Source: Zygnema circumcarinatum SAG 698-1b
Lineage: Eukaryota; Plantae; Zygnematophyceae
DNA: 64,000 bases
Direction: 5' to 3'
Assembly (NCBI GenBank): GCA_037447605.1
Contig: CM074807.1
Location: forward strand, 2,614,327-2,678,326
Of this stretch, positions 26,901 through 39,648 are shown one piece after another (the first letter of the stretch is position 1; every line of letters starts with the position of its first letter). The notes under the pieces are model-generated. The model saw only the letters and a program-made list of their open reading frames with translations. It was not told the origin of the DNA and did not search any database. The translations under genes were made by a program, and so were the position numbers.

Positions 26901-29900
26901 TTAACGTTTTCGCTTTTTAAATGGAGCGCCTCCCACGGCCTTATCTGCTTCTACAGGAGTTGCAAGCGCCCTCTGAGAGCTGCTGCTCTGCACCCTCGAG
27001 CGGTTCTTCATGGCCTCACGATCCACAAGAGCGAATTCTAAAATGGGGCGATGGGTCGGAGAAAACGCATCTGCATTGCAAATAGACATTGTTCAGATGG
27101 CTCCACACAATTACTGACACATAGGAGCAAGTCCGGGAAATGCGGCAGCAGAATAGGTAGTGAAGTGGAGGGGAGTGATCAGAAAAGCCTATCTACACTG
27201 GTAAAAGAAGCGTGTTTCAAAAAACAATACTGCTCAAATTCCTGGTGGAATTGCACAAGAAGAAGCACATGCTAGGGTTGACATGCTCTAGGTATGAACA
27301 TTCTTGAGTTGAAGGACGACGGTTCACCATCAAAAACACATCCGTACAAAAGTAAGTGGGCAGGCAGACGAGGGTGGGCGACTGACCGGGATGGTTGTTC
27401 AGAGCTCGAAGCGCCACAAGCGCATGTTGCGTCTCTGTAAACTCCACAAACGCAACACCGCGCTTGGAAGTAGTGGAAACGCCGGGCCTTGTGGGCTTAT
27501 TCCGCAATATTTTTACCTGCAATGGAGATACGAACGAATGAAATGCTGCAATGTTCTTGTTCTTCTGCACAACAGGGCCATTGAAGGACAGCAGACACTT
27601 GAAAGGGCTTGCTAGCCCCACCTCGGATATGGAAGGGTTCTGCTTAGTCGCACGCTTCCGCACAGCATCAAGCAGTAGACGCTGCAATTGCGGCTTTGTC
27701 ATTTCCTCCGGAACGTTGTGCACAACCAGACGAGTGGAAGATACGACGAAACGCGGGCTCTGAAGTTTGCTGGCCTTCTCCTGCTCCAGTCTGGCCTTGC
27801 AAAGAAAAGGAAAGAACATGGGGTCAGAATGTTTACCTATTCCATGGACGCTGAAACAGCACTTGCAAGCAAAACTGCAGAGGATCCTCCTGCTGCTATA
27901 CGCCGTAACAGTTAATGGGCATTCTCTTGAATTAAATGCAGCATATCATCATCAAAGGTAGCGAGGCAGCAACAGTAACCACATAGGTCACGTGCGGAGT
28001 TGTAGAACGCTAAGTGAACAGGAAAACATACAAAGGTCCAGAACATAGGGTTGACTGAAAACAAACGCGTGACATGAGAAAGGGTGAAGTGGTCAAATTA
28101 ACAGTGAGAATGGGTAGCCTCGACGTGACGGGGCCTCCATCAGATCGTCATAAGGCACTAACCTCTTGCGCTTGTCAAGATCAGCTGCAGACATTCCCTC
28201 GGCCGCTCGCGAACCTTCGAGAACAACACCTTCCTGCAGACATTACAGGAGTCATCTACAGCCGCTCTTCGCAGTTTAAGGTGCACAGACGACGTTAAGG
28301 TAGTGAGAAACAGGAAAAACCAACACAGTGACTGAATGGGCAATAGATTTCACAACTCCGATAATGTTACAAGAGTTGATTGGTAAAAAACTAATCATTG
28401 AAGACAAAAGTAGAGCAGATGTCCTGCCAATCAGAGCACTGAGCACACCTGGAGGAGGTGTAGGTTCCGTGGATGCTCTTTTTGAGTTTTGGTTGCCTTT
28501 TCAATTGCAATCTTTTTTGCTTCATCGCGGCCCACAGCATGACTGACACCAATTTTGCGGCCAAGAACAGCGATTCCTGCGCCTTTCTTTGCTGCCTTCA
28601 CTGCTGTATCTGCTCCCTCTGCCTTCAAATACTCAATGAATGCAGTACCCTGTGGACGCCTGCATGAAGACACACGAACTAAGTTTGAGAAATAACGCAA
28701 ATCAGAGAAGAAATGCGAAAAATTCCACATGTAACAGCAAGGGGGAACTTCGCACCGTGTCACTGGATGGAGGACAAGGCGGCAAGACCGCAGGCCGCCG
28801 AATTTTGCAAAGGACTCTTGCAAGTCCGAGTTTTGTGCCAGTGGGGGAAGTCCCCGGACAAAGACTGTACAGCGCTCTGAAGTAGAAGGACCCGAATGCT
28901 GCTTCTCCACAGGTGAGACTCTCTCTCCCTTCTTTTTGTTTGTACCATCAGCTGTGTTGTTGGACACGGGAGCCTCCCTAACTCTTTCTTTGGCTTGCGT
29001 CTTCTTGCTTTTTTGGGCATTATCCGAAACCTTATCAGCTTCTGCAAGGAAGCTTGCTAGCACCTTTCGCATCCTTTCACCATCGTCTATGTGCCCATCC
29101 ATGCCTCTGCTATCCTCCTCCACATGCTTTTCCAGTTCCCCTTCGCTCGCACCACCTTGCTCATCTGCTTTATCTTCCGCATCAGCAGCTTCAAGTTCAT
29201 GGTTCCCCCCCTCATTCTCATTGAGACCAGCTTCGGTAACCGGGACACCACCTGTAACGTAAGGTCTTACGTTGCATTAGGCCACAATCACAAGGCCACA
29301 CCGTCTTGCAATAGCTGACAGACAATAGCCCACTCTCTTAGCGTATTGACAAGATATACAATGAAAAGTAATAGGTCAGAACGGTACCTGCTTGATCAAC
29401 GAACTCTGATTTTGGAACAGACCAATCAACAGCGATTGGACGACCTCCTATTTGAGTAGCATTAAGGGTTGCCAAGGCCTGTTATGAGGCAACAAGCTAC
29501 AGTTATGTGAGCTTCTGAGAACTAAATGTACCCTACATTCGCTTGGGAAACATGAACTATGTTCTGTAGTGTTGATATTGAACAAAGTGCAATCAACAGG
29601 GGCGTGTCTGGCAGATAAGGCACCTTCTGAGCATCCGCATCGGAAGTGTATTGGACAAATCCAAAACCACGAAGCCTGTTCCCAGCAGTGCCCGTTCAGA
29701 ACTGGCTGCAGATAAAAAAAAAATTGGCCTGAATTGGTCACAGCCAACAGCCCATCAGTTTCGTACCTGCCTTCGGGAGTCCGCGGTAGTGTGAGTTCCC
29801 ACACGAATCCAACTGCACCAAAAAATTTCCGTAACTCGTCTTCACCAATCTGCAGTCAGGCCAGACAACAGCACAGTGAAAGTTACCAGACTTGAACTCC

Positions 29901-32900
29901 ATGAACTCCGGTTCTTAATTGCGTGATTCAGTGCAGATTGACAACTCACCTGATATGGCAGATTGCGCACAATGAGACGGTGCTTCTTCAATTTGGAACC
30001 CTGCATGTTCCTCCATCCATTGGCAGGCAAATTGTACTTCAGTCTTCACTTTGGAAAATGATCAACAAAGCAGAGAAAAACCAGCAGCAGTACACCCGCT
30101 CTGACAAACAGGCTCACAGTTACGAGCCAAGACCGACCATACACAAATGTGTACCATTGTAAAATAGAGGGTTTCCCCACAGGAAAGCACTCGTGGTTCA
30201 GCTTTCACGACCCGTTAATTCACAAGCCCGCACACCCAACAGCGAAAAACTCCTATGCCGACAAGGGCTATCTGGGCATGACCCAATAATGATTATTATC
30301 CTGCCAATAAGTTAATCTGCAAATTCGTGCGTTATATTCCCAGCGCAGTTTTGCAGTATGTTTTTTTCATGATGAGAGCAATTGTCGGTCTCAACACAAT
30401 TCACCTATTCTTCATTTGCATATGCCTCAGCGGAATACTGCAATTGCCATCATGCAACATCCCGTCTGCCCCCAAACTGAGCACCCTTTCGAAAGTTGAA
30501 AAGTCACCTCACCGCCCAGCTGGCGAGCCCACAAGGCACCTCCTGCCAGCTGGCGACCATGCAGGCCGGCCACCACCCGCCGAGCGTCGCGGACGGAACT
30601 GCAGACGAGGGCCAAAGCTGCCGGCTTGCACCCATCTCTCGCCAAACCTGGGGACAAAGTGCACGTCACACAGAGCTCTTCAGTTCAAGTATTAAGTATT
30701 TGCCAAACCCATCTTTTTGAAGCTGTTCTGAAGGCACCCATCTCTCACTTCTCCTGAAATGCTGGTCTTGGTATACCGAGGACTGGCTCTCAGAACCCAT
30801 CACCTGACCTTGCACTTGTGCCACCAGAAATTTCTACTCATGCGTTTAAGCATGTTCTCCTCCTGTTTCGATTTGAAATCGCAGTGATCTTCCTCACAAC
30901 TTTCTTCTCAAACGTCATTCTGCCCTTTTGCATACCAACAAGTAGAACAGACACAGAAACAACATACACAAACACACACTCCAATCCTCCAACAGGTGTG
31001 GCAGATCATGTGCAATGTCTTTAACAGTACGTGAGCTTACTTCGCTGATTCAATTCCTCCACTGGCAATTCGCTAGGTGACTCTACACAGGTTACGATCT
31101 CCTGCACCAAGGCCAAAGCCTCCTCCTTCATAGCCTGTCCTTGCAGGCCAGCCAGTACCACAGTTCGGGCCGACCTGCACCCAGCAACACCTGCTCCTCT
31201 CAAGATTCCAGATAGTTGTCTGCTGATGTTCTGGTAATGCAGTACAGGGGATACTCTTATCAGCAACTCAGCAAAAGTGTGCTCCAAAATGATCCAAATA
31301 ATACAGCAGAAAGTCCACTTGCGGTTCAGGCTGGAAGAGATGTACAAGGAACAAGCCAAGTGGTTTTATATCATCCGAGTTATTTTTGAAGCCTAGCAGA
31401 GACAATGATGAAATCTCTCTTGCGGCATAAAAGGCTCCTTGGTGCCCACCTCTGCGCATCAGATGCCTGTCCTTCCTTGCTCTCCTTTTTCTTTTTTATC
31501 GGGACATCCGTACCTTTCTGAGTTTTCCCCTGTTCTGCATCATCAACGGCAATTGTGTAAGTCTCTAGCAGAAGAATGTATGAACCCTGTTCAATGCTGA
31601 ACTTCCTCTATCACACACTTACTAGCATCCGAATCAGCTCGTAGTCGTTTCCGGCTTATCGTTGCCACTTTCTCCTCTGGGGCCTCAACCACAGTTTCCG
31701 GTTCCTTTTCTGCCGGTTGAACCCCATGCTCTGTGGCCTCTCCATCTTTTCGAACTTCCCGTTCTGCATCAGCTGCATGACAGGCGAGATCCCACAAAGA
31801 ACTGAGCAGGTGCAATAAGCCTCGAAGCATACTTGCTCCTGTGACGTGAAAAGGTCAATGTCAAACCTCACAGCCACCATTTGATGCAGAACACAGCGCA
31901 AACCTCCAACTTATCTCAGAACCAGAGCATTTTCAGAATTCACAATCATCTAATCATCACTAAGCGTCCTATGAAACCACATATTCAGATTTAGAAAACC
32001 ATGGTAATTGTCCATAAAATCCAGGAGTGCCACCGCGCACAGCTTTAAATGCGTGTTGATTCCGGGAGTGTTCATTCCTGATGCCGCATTCCGAGTATTA
32101 ACTTCCACCATGCTCAATTTCCTACATGTACTGGCTGAATACTGGCGCAAGAATGGTACATCCCATGGAAGCCACAAACGCGACGATAGACAATAGGTTG
32201 TGCAGAGTCATAAACGATTGCGCTTCAAGGGACCGGGCTCCTTGCTATCATTCTAATTGTATATCAAACTCAAGGCAGCAGAAAGATAGTAAAGGTTGCC
32301 GCTTCTTGCCATGAGTGCATTCTATTTTTGTAAATCAATCGCCTTATTTCCCGAAAATCGGGAAAATAGATTAATTTAGCAAGGTTATCAGCTTACTTAA
32401 GGTACGGGGTCTAGTGCATCATTTTGTCAAGGGTGTTTGTCCAGAGAATGTTGGCTAGGAAGGTGTGACTGCAGTTTACATAAACGTGGATGTGATCACT
32501 CCTTTTAAATGTTACACTTCATACTTTGGCTTCCTCGTCCAATAACGTGCTACCTTTGATATACGAAGCTAAACCTTACCCCTGGATGCAAACTAAGGTA
32601 AACTCTCTGTGGAGATTGCAAAGTTTCGCTTCTCCTTTGTGATTAAAGGAGTTTCTAAGTAATGGCTTTCCGCCCGTACCTTCTAAAAGCGTGTCCTTAC
32701 GGCGCTGCTCCTTGGGAGGTCGCTTAGAGGCCGAATGCAATTGGAGCTTGCGACCCCGCAGGCGAATGCCATCTGCTGCATGAACAGCACGCGCAGCATC
32801 CTCCGCGATAGCACTATTCGGCTCAAAACAAACACAAAGGCGAATAAGGGGAAATGTCAGATATGCCAAATAGGAATCGTGCTAAAGCCAAATTTCTGGG

Positions 32901-33278
32901 AAGGTTTTCGTCACTTACAAATGCACATAGCCAAAGCCGCGATGTGCCTCGCTTCCTGAAAAAAATCAAGAACAGAATTAGCCCTGAATACGGAACAGGG
33001 TGCAGCGCAACAGCACAGAAAGGTGCGTTCAGCAAAGAAAGTTCACCTTTTGGCCTGACGAGAAAGCACCTTCTGACAGGTCCAATAGCCGCACATGCTT
33101 CCTCCAACTGTCAAAGAACACACTGCAAAATTCAGTTGGGAATTGCTCCTTGCCCCCGCTGCTTTCTTCCAGGAAGCACTTGCAGAGAAGCAGTCCAGCT
33201 CACCTCTGCATCTGTGGCGTCGAAGGGCACGTTGCGCACAAAGACGACACGCCGCTCGGTCGGCGGAGCTTCAGTCAT
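26901..33278 (-). CDS. RBM28: RNA-binding protein 28 / NOP4-like nucleolar multi-RRM protein, multi-exon
   Basis: Exon 1 (33278-33204) MTEAPPTERRVVFVRNVPFDATDAE. RRM motifs follow: RGFGYVHF, WARQLGGE|GSKLKKHRLIVRNLPYQ, CTVFVRGLP...FGGLRSCRLVLHPVT..PQGTAFIEY, SSTRLVVHNVP, SKRGVAFVEFTETQHALVALRALNN and DAFSPTHRPILEFAL. This order matches plant RBM28. The stop at 26901-26903 is the simplest reading, and a further exon is not excluded. Confidence 0.9.
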
Positions 33279-35056
33279 GTCGGTCAGCGCTCTCTCTCTC
33301 ACTCTCTCTCTCTCTCTCCCTCTCTCCCCTCAGCACTCCCGCAGTTCAGGGCTGCACCCCGCGGCCTCGCCTCCAGCCAGCTCCAAGACTGGGAGGGAGC
33401 CTGCGGGACGGAAAGGCGGCTGCAAGGCCCAAGAGCCGTTCTTATTGTTACTTGCAGGCAGCTCCCAGTCCCCCCCAGCTCTTTGCAAGGGCAGGAGAGG
33501 CGAGGCGCGGGGGGGGGTGCAGGTGCTTCCTTCCTTGGGCGGGCGGAGGGAAAGAATTGGCTTGGCATTTGATCTCACGATGGCGACGACAACAAGAGAA
33601 CCTGGCGATGGCATGAAATGAGGATGGACAAAGGCAAAGTGTGGAGGCTTGGGCTGAATTGGAAAGGGAGGAGGAGGCAAACTGAGAAGGACCACCAATG
33701 GTCGTTCATGACTTTGACTGCAGACACCATGGCGTTAGCTTTGGAAGAATAAGGCATTCGGATGCACGAATGTAAATGATTGAAAGCATGGGGTTGGTTC
33801 TGGCTCCTGTTGCTGTTGATGCTCTTTTCAATTCAACAACCCTCTTTGTTGAAAGAAGTATGGTTGCTCCTGAAGTAAGGCTTGTGCATGTGTTGCTCAA
33901 AGTAAGATCCATAAGAAATTGTTTAAGAACGAATGGCATACAGCGCAGTGGGTGTATGAGTGCAAGGACCGAGACTTTCGTCCAAAACATTATATGTGAA
34001 TTCTAATGCAGGGCTCGCTCATGAACACGAAGGACGATATCAAGCAGCAACCTGAAGGCTTGGCGAACTGAATTCCATGGCAAACAAGTTATTTCTCAAG
34101 TATGCGATGAAGCGTGCCAGCAGAAACACCCGAGCCCAACAATCGTCAAGAGGAGGCATCAAATGCGTGTGTGCGCTGTTGAGCAGTGTCCTGGTTAACT
34201 CAGTAGAAGCTTGCAAGCAGGCTCAGCCAGCAGGCGAGTCTGCCATCTCCAAAGGCATCGACTCAATGGTCGCTTCGTGCAACATCATATACAAGAAGAG
34301 AGGAAAGGGCTAATCTAAAAAAGAATGCATCTAAATTTGGAAAGCGCACAGATCGATCATCTAAAAACCTTGCCATGACGAATTTTCGAACAAGCAAATG
34401 GCACGGGTGACTTTCAACTATCAATGGGCAGCTAGATTGCAATGGCATCGTTTCTATGACTTCTACAGGTCGTCGGCTGTATGACTTAGAAGCCCCTGCA
34501 CAGCAAACCCACCATCATAGCACAGATTAGAACGAGGGAGTGCAGCAGTGAGGGCTACAAGCAGAAGCGAATTACAGGGTGGGGGAAGAAATAAGGCGTT
34601 CTTTCAGGAAGTCGCAACGGCAAAGTGCAAGAGCCCTCGTCTTACCTTTTCCTGAACTAGTACCCTATCTGCCCAACTTAAAACTAACCAGAGCTCAGGT
34701 TTAGCCACAATATTCGTAAGAGCATAAAAGCATTGAAAAATTGGTATCCTCGGTATTCTTGGTACTTTTGGTATCCTCTTTCTCAGTCCCAATGCAACGA
34801 ATAGTGACTTTGCTGCCTGAGTCTTATGGTTTTCCATATGAATGAGTTTTATTTCCCAGCTATTGAGGAGAACGCCCATTTCCACAGTTATGCGCAAACC
34901 TTTCAAAAACCACCCCCAAATGTTGGCATTTTGAATGTCTGCCTACTTGCAACTTCAATATACCTGCTTAGGACCTCCCTCTTGGAACCACCCTTCTCTT
35001 AGCCTGATAATTCACTTCAACCATTCCTGCTCGCATTTCTTCGTCACAACAGAAAC

Positions 35057-35434
35057 TCACCTCGTCTTTTTGCTCAAAACCCAATCGATTTTGGCCTTCA
35101 TCTCTTTAGTCCTTCGCCTGATCTCGCCCTCCTTCCTGAAAAGCACCTTCAGCTCTGCAGGCTTGTAATTGTACTGCCGTGCGCGCAGCATCCGCATGCT
35201 GTTATCATCCCTCAACTTCCACTTGTACCGCTTCAAAGCACGATCAAAATCACCGTTCTTCACCTCCACAAAGACATTCCGCTGCTGCTGCAGCTGTGAA
35301 AATCCACAAGTCATGCCTGCACCTGCTGGAAGCCCCCTAGCTTCAAGACAAGGTGCTTCCTGCTTCAGCACTGCGGGGCCTACGGGACGCAGCTGCTTCA
35401 TCAGCGCCCTCAGAAGGGGCGCCATAGCCCACAT
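35057..35434 (-). CDS. RPS21 (bS21): Organellar (probably mitochondrial) ribosomal protein bS21 with N-terminal targeting peptide
   Basis: QQQRNVFVEVKNGDFDRALKRYKWKLRDDNSMRMLRARQYNYKPAELKVLFRKEGEIRRRTKEMKAKIDWVLSKKTR fits the bS21 pattern after a basic, Ala/Leu-rich leader (MWAMAPLLRALMKQLRPVG; start at 35434 or 35425). An AG|GTGAGT donor at 35060 suggests the last few codons are on an unresolved exon. A 5' UTR intron is likely (acceptor ~35450). Confidence 0.8.
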   Translation of the reverse strand: MWAMAPLLRALMKQLRPVGPAVLKQEAPCLEARGLPAGAGMTCGFSQLQQQRNVFVEVKNGDFDRALKRYKWKLRDDNSMRMLRARQYNYKPAELKVLFRKEGEIRRRTKEMKAKIDWVLSKKTR

Positions 35435-35639
35435 CTCTGGTACCTCCTGCAATACCCGAATGCACGCCTTTCTTCAGCAGATAGAGCACTCGGAAGGAAG
35501 TTTTTGCAGACCTAATTTCGCCCTCACTCGCTATGCGCAAGCGGCGGCTTCACTAAGCTTCTTTTCGCGAAGGGACTTTCCGTCTGCCTCGCCTCCTCCG
35601 TGTCTCCCTTTGCGCCTTCCGACGATCTTACAGGAAGCC

Positions 35640-38002
35640 ATGGCTGCGACGCCTCCGCGTCTATGGCGGCCTGAAGCTCAACGCCGGGTGCGGCGAGCCT
35701 TCTCCGATCTCGCAGGTGCTCGGCATGGCTGGGAGGCTGCCTCCTCGCGAGGCCTGCGTTCAGCGACAGCTCTTGTCAACGCTGTTCTGCGTGAGAGGTG
35801 CGACAGGTGTGGGGATTGGGAGAGGAGTAGAGAGCAGGAGCACTGCAGAGGGGTCTAGGAACATGATAGAACCGCAGCTGCACGGTACAAAATGAATAGG
35901 GAAAAGGCGGGTTATTTAGTGGGTAACAGCTGTTGCTGTCAGTTTGCAACGTTAGACTTTTGCACAGGAAAGGAGAATGGCCAAGTAATCTCACTTTGAG
36001 ATGGGCGGTTAGTGCAGGTATTTGGGCGCAATGGATCTCGGGGTTCTAACTGATTCCCCAAACATCCTTGACAAAGCGAAGAAAAAGCTGCAACGACAGC
36101 AGGTGCACATGCAACTAGCAACAGAATACCTCCAATGTCTCAGTCAAAATATTTTGCTGCGCTAAGGGCCATCCCACGATTAGCCCGCTCGTCTTGCATT
36201 CGTTACTCTCTTCATGTTCCCTTTTCCAGGCTTTTGCATTTTTCCCATCTTTTCTCTGTTGATGTAGACTTACACACCAGCATTCTTCATGGTCCCCTTT
36301 CTGTTATTTCCTCTCGTCTATTTCTATTCGTACATTCTTGTCCATTATCCTGTCCTGCTCTTCGCTTTTTCGCTTTTACTCCCCTCAGAAAGCTTCTATC
36401 TTCATTTTTTCTCCATTTCCATTTGCTAGTTTTCCCTGCAACCCATCTTTCTGCTTTCCCTGTGACCAAAGAGGGGGGCGCTCGTCACAGCCTGCCATCC
36501 CTCTCAATCCATGCTTTCCGGAGCATTTTGAATCAGCAATCCTCCACCTTCCATAAAAAAAAACCGATTTCTCAGAGAGTAAATAGAAACTCGCCTCGGC
36601 TACATTGCATCTGTTGAAAAAGCGTAACTTATTTTTTCGGTGGCAGGCAGCCCATCTGCAACATGTCCTGGATGCTCTGCGAGAGCTGGTCAGCCACGCT
36701 CCTGCCCAATACCACAAGACAGAGTTCTGCTCCTGCCTTTCGACACTTAGCCACAGATTTTCATCTCCTGCAAGTGGAATTGATTTTTCGAGATGTCCAA
36801 ACTGCTCAGCATAGGGCAAGGCAGCGGGCTGCTCCAGGCCGAGACAGCAACAGCAGCCAAGGCAGCGGCGGCATCTTTGGCGCCTGCAGCTCCGTTTGAA
36901 ACAAGTCTCGTTGTCGTCAGCTGTTTGCCTCTCCGGGCATTTGGTCAGTATGTGGCTTGAAAGGGGTCTACCGTTGTGCATGGAGAAATATTGGTGATAA
37001 AAATTGGTGATATTATTGGTGATAGGCGGAGGGGTGCATCTTGCCAGCCGCATCGGATGATGTGAAAAGGCCACGCGTTAAAAGTATGGTTTTTGACCCC
37101 TTGTCTTTTGCAAGGAGGGTTGCAGAGCTCTGGGGCAGTGAAATTGCAGACATGTTGAACAAGGAGCTTCAGGTGAAGGTGAGTTTTTTTGAGAGAAAAG
37201 AGGTTATGGAAGTTCCCGGCACTCTTTCACGGGTGATTGTTTTGAAGGCCATCACCCAAGATTACAGTTTGAATGTTATGTCACGCAGGTTCTTTTGACA
37301 AACGCGCTCTGCTCACAATTTCCTAAGGAGCAGCGAGGGGCTGACTTAATGGAGGCATTGCAGAAATTGGAAGGTAACGTGATTCGTAGGAATCTTGCAA
37401 CTGCTGTGACCATTGCGAACAGAAGTGGAAAACGGATTGACGGAGGCTGCAGTTATGTTTAAAGTGGGCGGTGTTATGTGGGGACATGTAGCAGCAGGAT
37501 TAGGAGCGAAAGAAACAGAGCCACAAGTGATAGATCGAGAAACGCTGCAGGTGGGTCCACTTTCTCTTGTCGTGTTCCCAAGCAGGAAAGGAATAGCTGA
37601 CCTTATGTCAGTCAGTGTTGGTTGCCACCACCATTACGTTATGCCTTGCACTGGAACATGGTGCGGCTGCCAATGCCTGGACCTGCCTACAGCTGCAAGG
37701 CATTCTGTACTGAATCTCCACCGCACTGAGGGCAAATGACAAGTAAATGCAGCGCTGCTGCAGGTATATCTCGCCGCGTGGTTGGCAGAGACCTTTGTGG
37801 ACAAAGAAAGGTGAACATGCAAACTGTTTGGGCAACACATGCCCCCTCTCTGCCAGCCGTCCTTTTTTACCACGTTTTGGATCAAAGCCTGCACATACAT
37901 GTGGGGGGGAATGGTTGCCCTGCTGACTTGGATCGAATTGGGTGTGAGCCGTGCAGGATACGAGAGATTATTGCCAGCGTGGACGAGTTGCGGGAGGCGT
38001 AG
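35640..38002 (+). CDS. Conserved uncharacterised plant protein, At5g08010-like, about 8 exons
   Basis: Colinear exons MAATPPRLWRPEAQRRVRRAFSDLAGARHGWEAASSRGLRSATALVNAVLRER|YLGAMDLGVLTDSPNILDKAKKKLQRQQ|...|ELWGSEIADMLNKELQVK|...|VIDRETLQ|VYLAAWLAETFVDKER|IREIIASVDELREA* match the remembered plant family (RLWRPAAQRNLRNQWSKL...ATSLVN...ILQIYLTTWLAEVNID). One internal junction (~36690-36800) is unresolved. Confidence 0.8.
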
Positions 38003-38569
38003 AGGAGGCGCATGGAATAAAATGTCACCCATCTATCTCTGTTTAGCTGCTGCCATTTCCTTTTTCCTACTCGAGTCTTCTCCTCGAGAATCTGCCGTTC
38101 ATCGGCTGCAAAGGGAAAGCCCGGAATGTATTTGTAGTTGCAGACGGTGAACGGTGAACGGTGATGCAGATTGCCGGAGGGGTGAAAGTGGCAGGTTCTT
38201 GGGCCCTGCATTTCCGTTCTGTTGTGCAGAAGGCGCTCTTTCCAGCCCGGGCCCTTTGTGAAGAAAGAAGAGAGTGCACTTTGGAGAGCTGCATTGTAAA
38301 TGATTTTTTGAGTCAATCCACGGCACTGTCTTTTGTTTCGAGATTCAATTGGAGGCAGCAAACGGCCTGCAACTGTGGGATGGTGGGCATGGGCATGGGC
38401 ATGGGCATGGCTTGGTCTGGCCAAAAGCAGGAAGGAAGACCGGTCAAGAAACAGGAACCACGAGTCACGTATGTTAAGCTCGATATCTTGCTGCGGATAG
38501 GCAACAAAACGAAAACGAAAAACAAAAAAACGAAAAATGAATCAAACGGAATCGGCCCTTTCCTTTAGT

Positions 38570-38628
38570 TCCCCTGTATCGAATTTGTCCGCGTCCATCT
38601 GATGGCCTCGCCATCTTGAGATCCATGC
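38570..38628 (+). mobile_element. Short diverged 3'-tail copy (A) of the RLE retroelement family
   Basis: gaatttgtcc...gatggcctcgccatcttgagatccatgc aligns with copy F (gaatttgtcc...gatggcctcaccatcttgagaccaatgc). Boundaries are approximate. Confidence 0.55.
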
Positions 38629-38947
38629 CGATGCCAATGTCCTTCCAAACCACCGTACGGTACTGAAGTCACTGAAGTCGAGGCGCCACGCCGCCGCGCG
38701 TGTCACAACTCGACGCGGACGTGACCAAGCAGCGCTGCTGCGCCATATCAGGAGGCGCCGACCAATGTACGAATGCCAGACGGAAGATCCGCGCGGCTAG
38801 GGCTTACGTGGCGACTTGGCCACCTTGTCGTTTTGGGCCAACGGCCCAACGCAAACATGTCGCCACCTCGCCGGCGTAGCGGCTGCGACCGACAACTATA
38901 GATCCGTATGTATCAAACGCGTGTATTAATACACTGTATAATACATA

Positions 38948-39565
38948 ACGTAACGCAAACTTTCATTGAACTCGCGATGGCGAGGCCATCAAATTTACAT
39001 GGATAAAGGCAAAATGTGGAACCACGAAGGACTGGTCACAAAGGACCGAAACACAATAAAACGAAGCTAGGAGCGGAAAACTACGCCTAGGCACAACAAC
39101 GCNNNNNNNNNNGGGAAGGGATAGGGAAACGGAGGTGGAGGAATAAGGAAAGGAAGGGAAGGGAAGGGACCAGGGAGGCGACGGGAAGGGAGAAGGGAAA
39201 GGAAGGAGAAAAACAGCAGAAAAAGGGTGGAAAGGGCATAAAAGGCGAGAGCAGCTCAAAAAGAAGAAGCACAAGGACGAAGAGACGCAAAGGGGGAGAC
39301 AAAAGGGAAAACGCAACACAGCAAGACAAGCTACGGCAGAAAATGTCAGAAAACAAGGCGAGAAACGTTAGAACAGAAAAAACCGCAGCAAAACAGCAGC
39401 AAAACAACCAAAAACAAAAAACAAAAAACGAAAAGAAGCACAAACAACAAAAACAGAGCAATGCAGCAAGACACGCGACAGGAAAACGCAAAGACAACGA
39501 CAAGAGGCTGCCACGTGGCCGCGGCAGAGGCAGCGGCAGCAGGCGCAACGGTCGGAAGCGCCGTT
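38948..39565 (-). mobile_element. RLE retroelement copy B: 3' end at 38948-39102 and a possible 5' end at 39113-39565, with the middle hidden in a scaffold gap
   Basis: 38957-39102 is the reverse complement of copy C's 3' UTR with about 3 mismatches, and it shares the terminal GCGTTACGT with copy D. Beyond the gap, a GC-rich then pyrimidine-rich minus-strand segment resembles a 5' UTR; this link is inference only. Confidence 0.6.
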
Positions 39566-39648
39566 AATAATACAAATGGTGTATAATACATGCGTATTAT
39601 ACACCATTTTAAAAATACAGTGTATTTTAAATGTATTTAATGTATTTA

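Noticed and set aside
33600-35050. Short ORFs and a splice donor between RBM28 and bS21
   Set aside because: No recognisable protein; most simply bS21 3' UTR or intergenic sequence.
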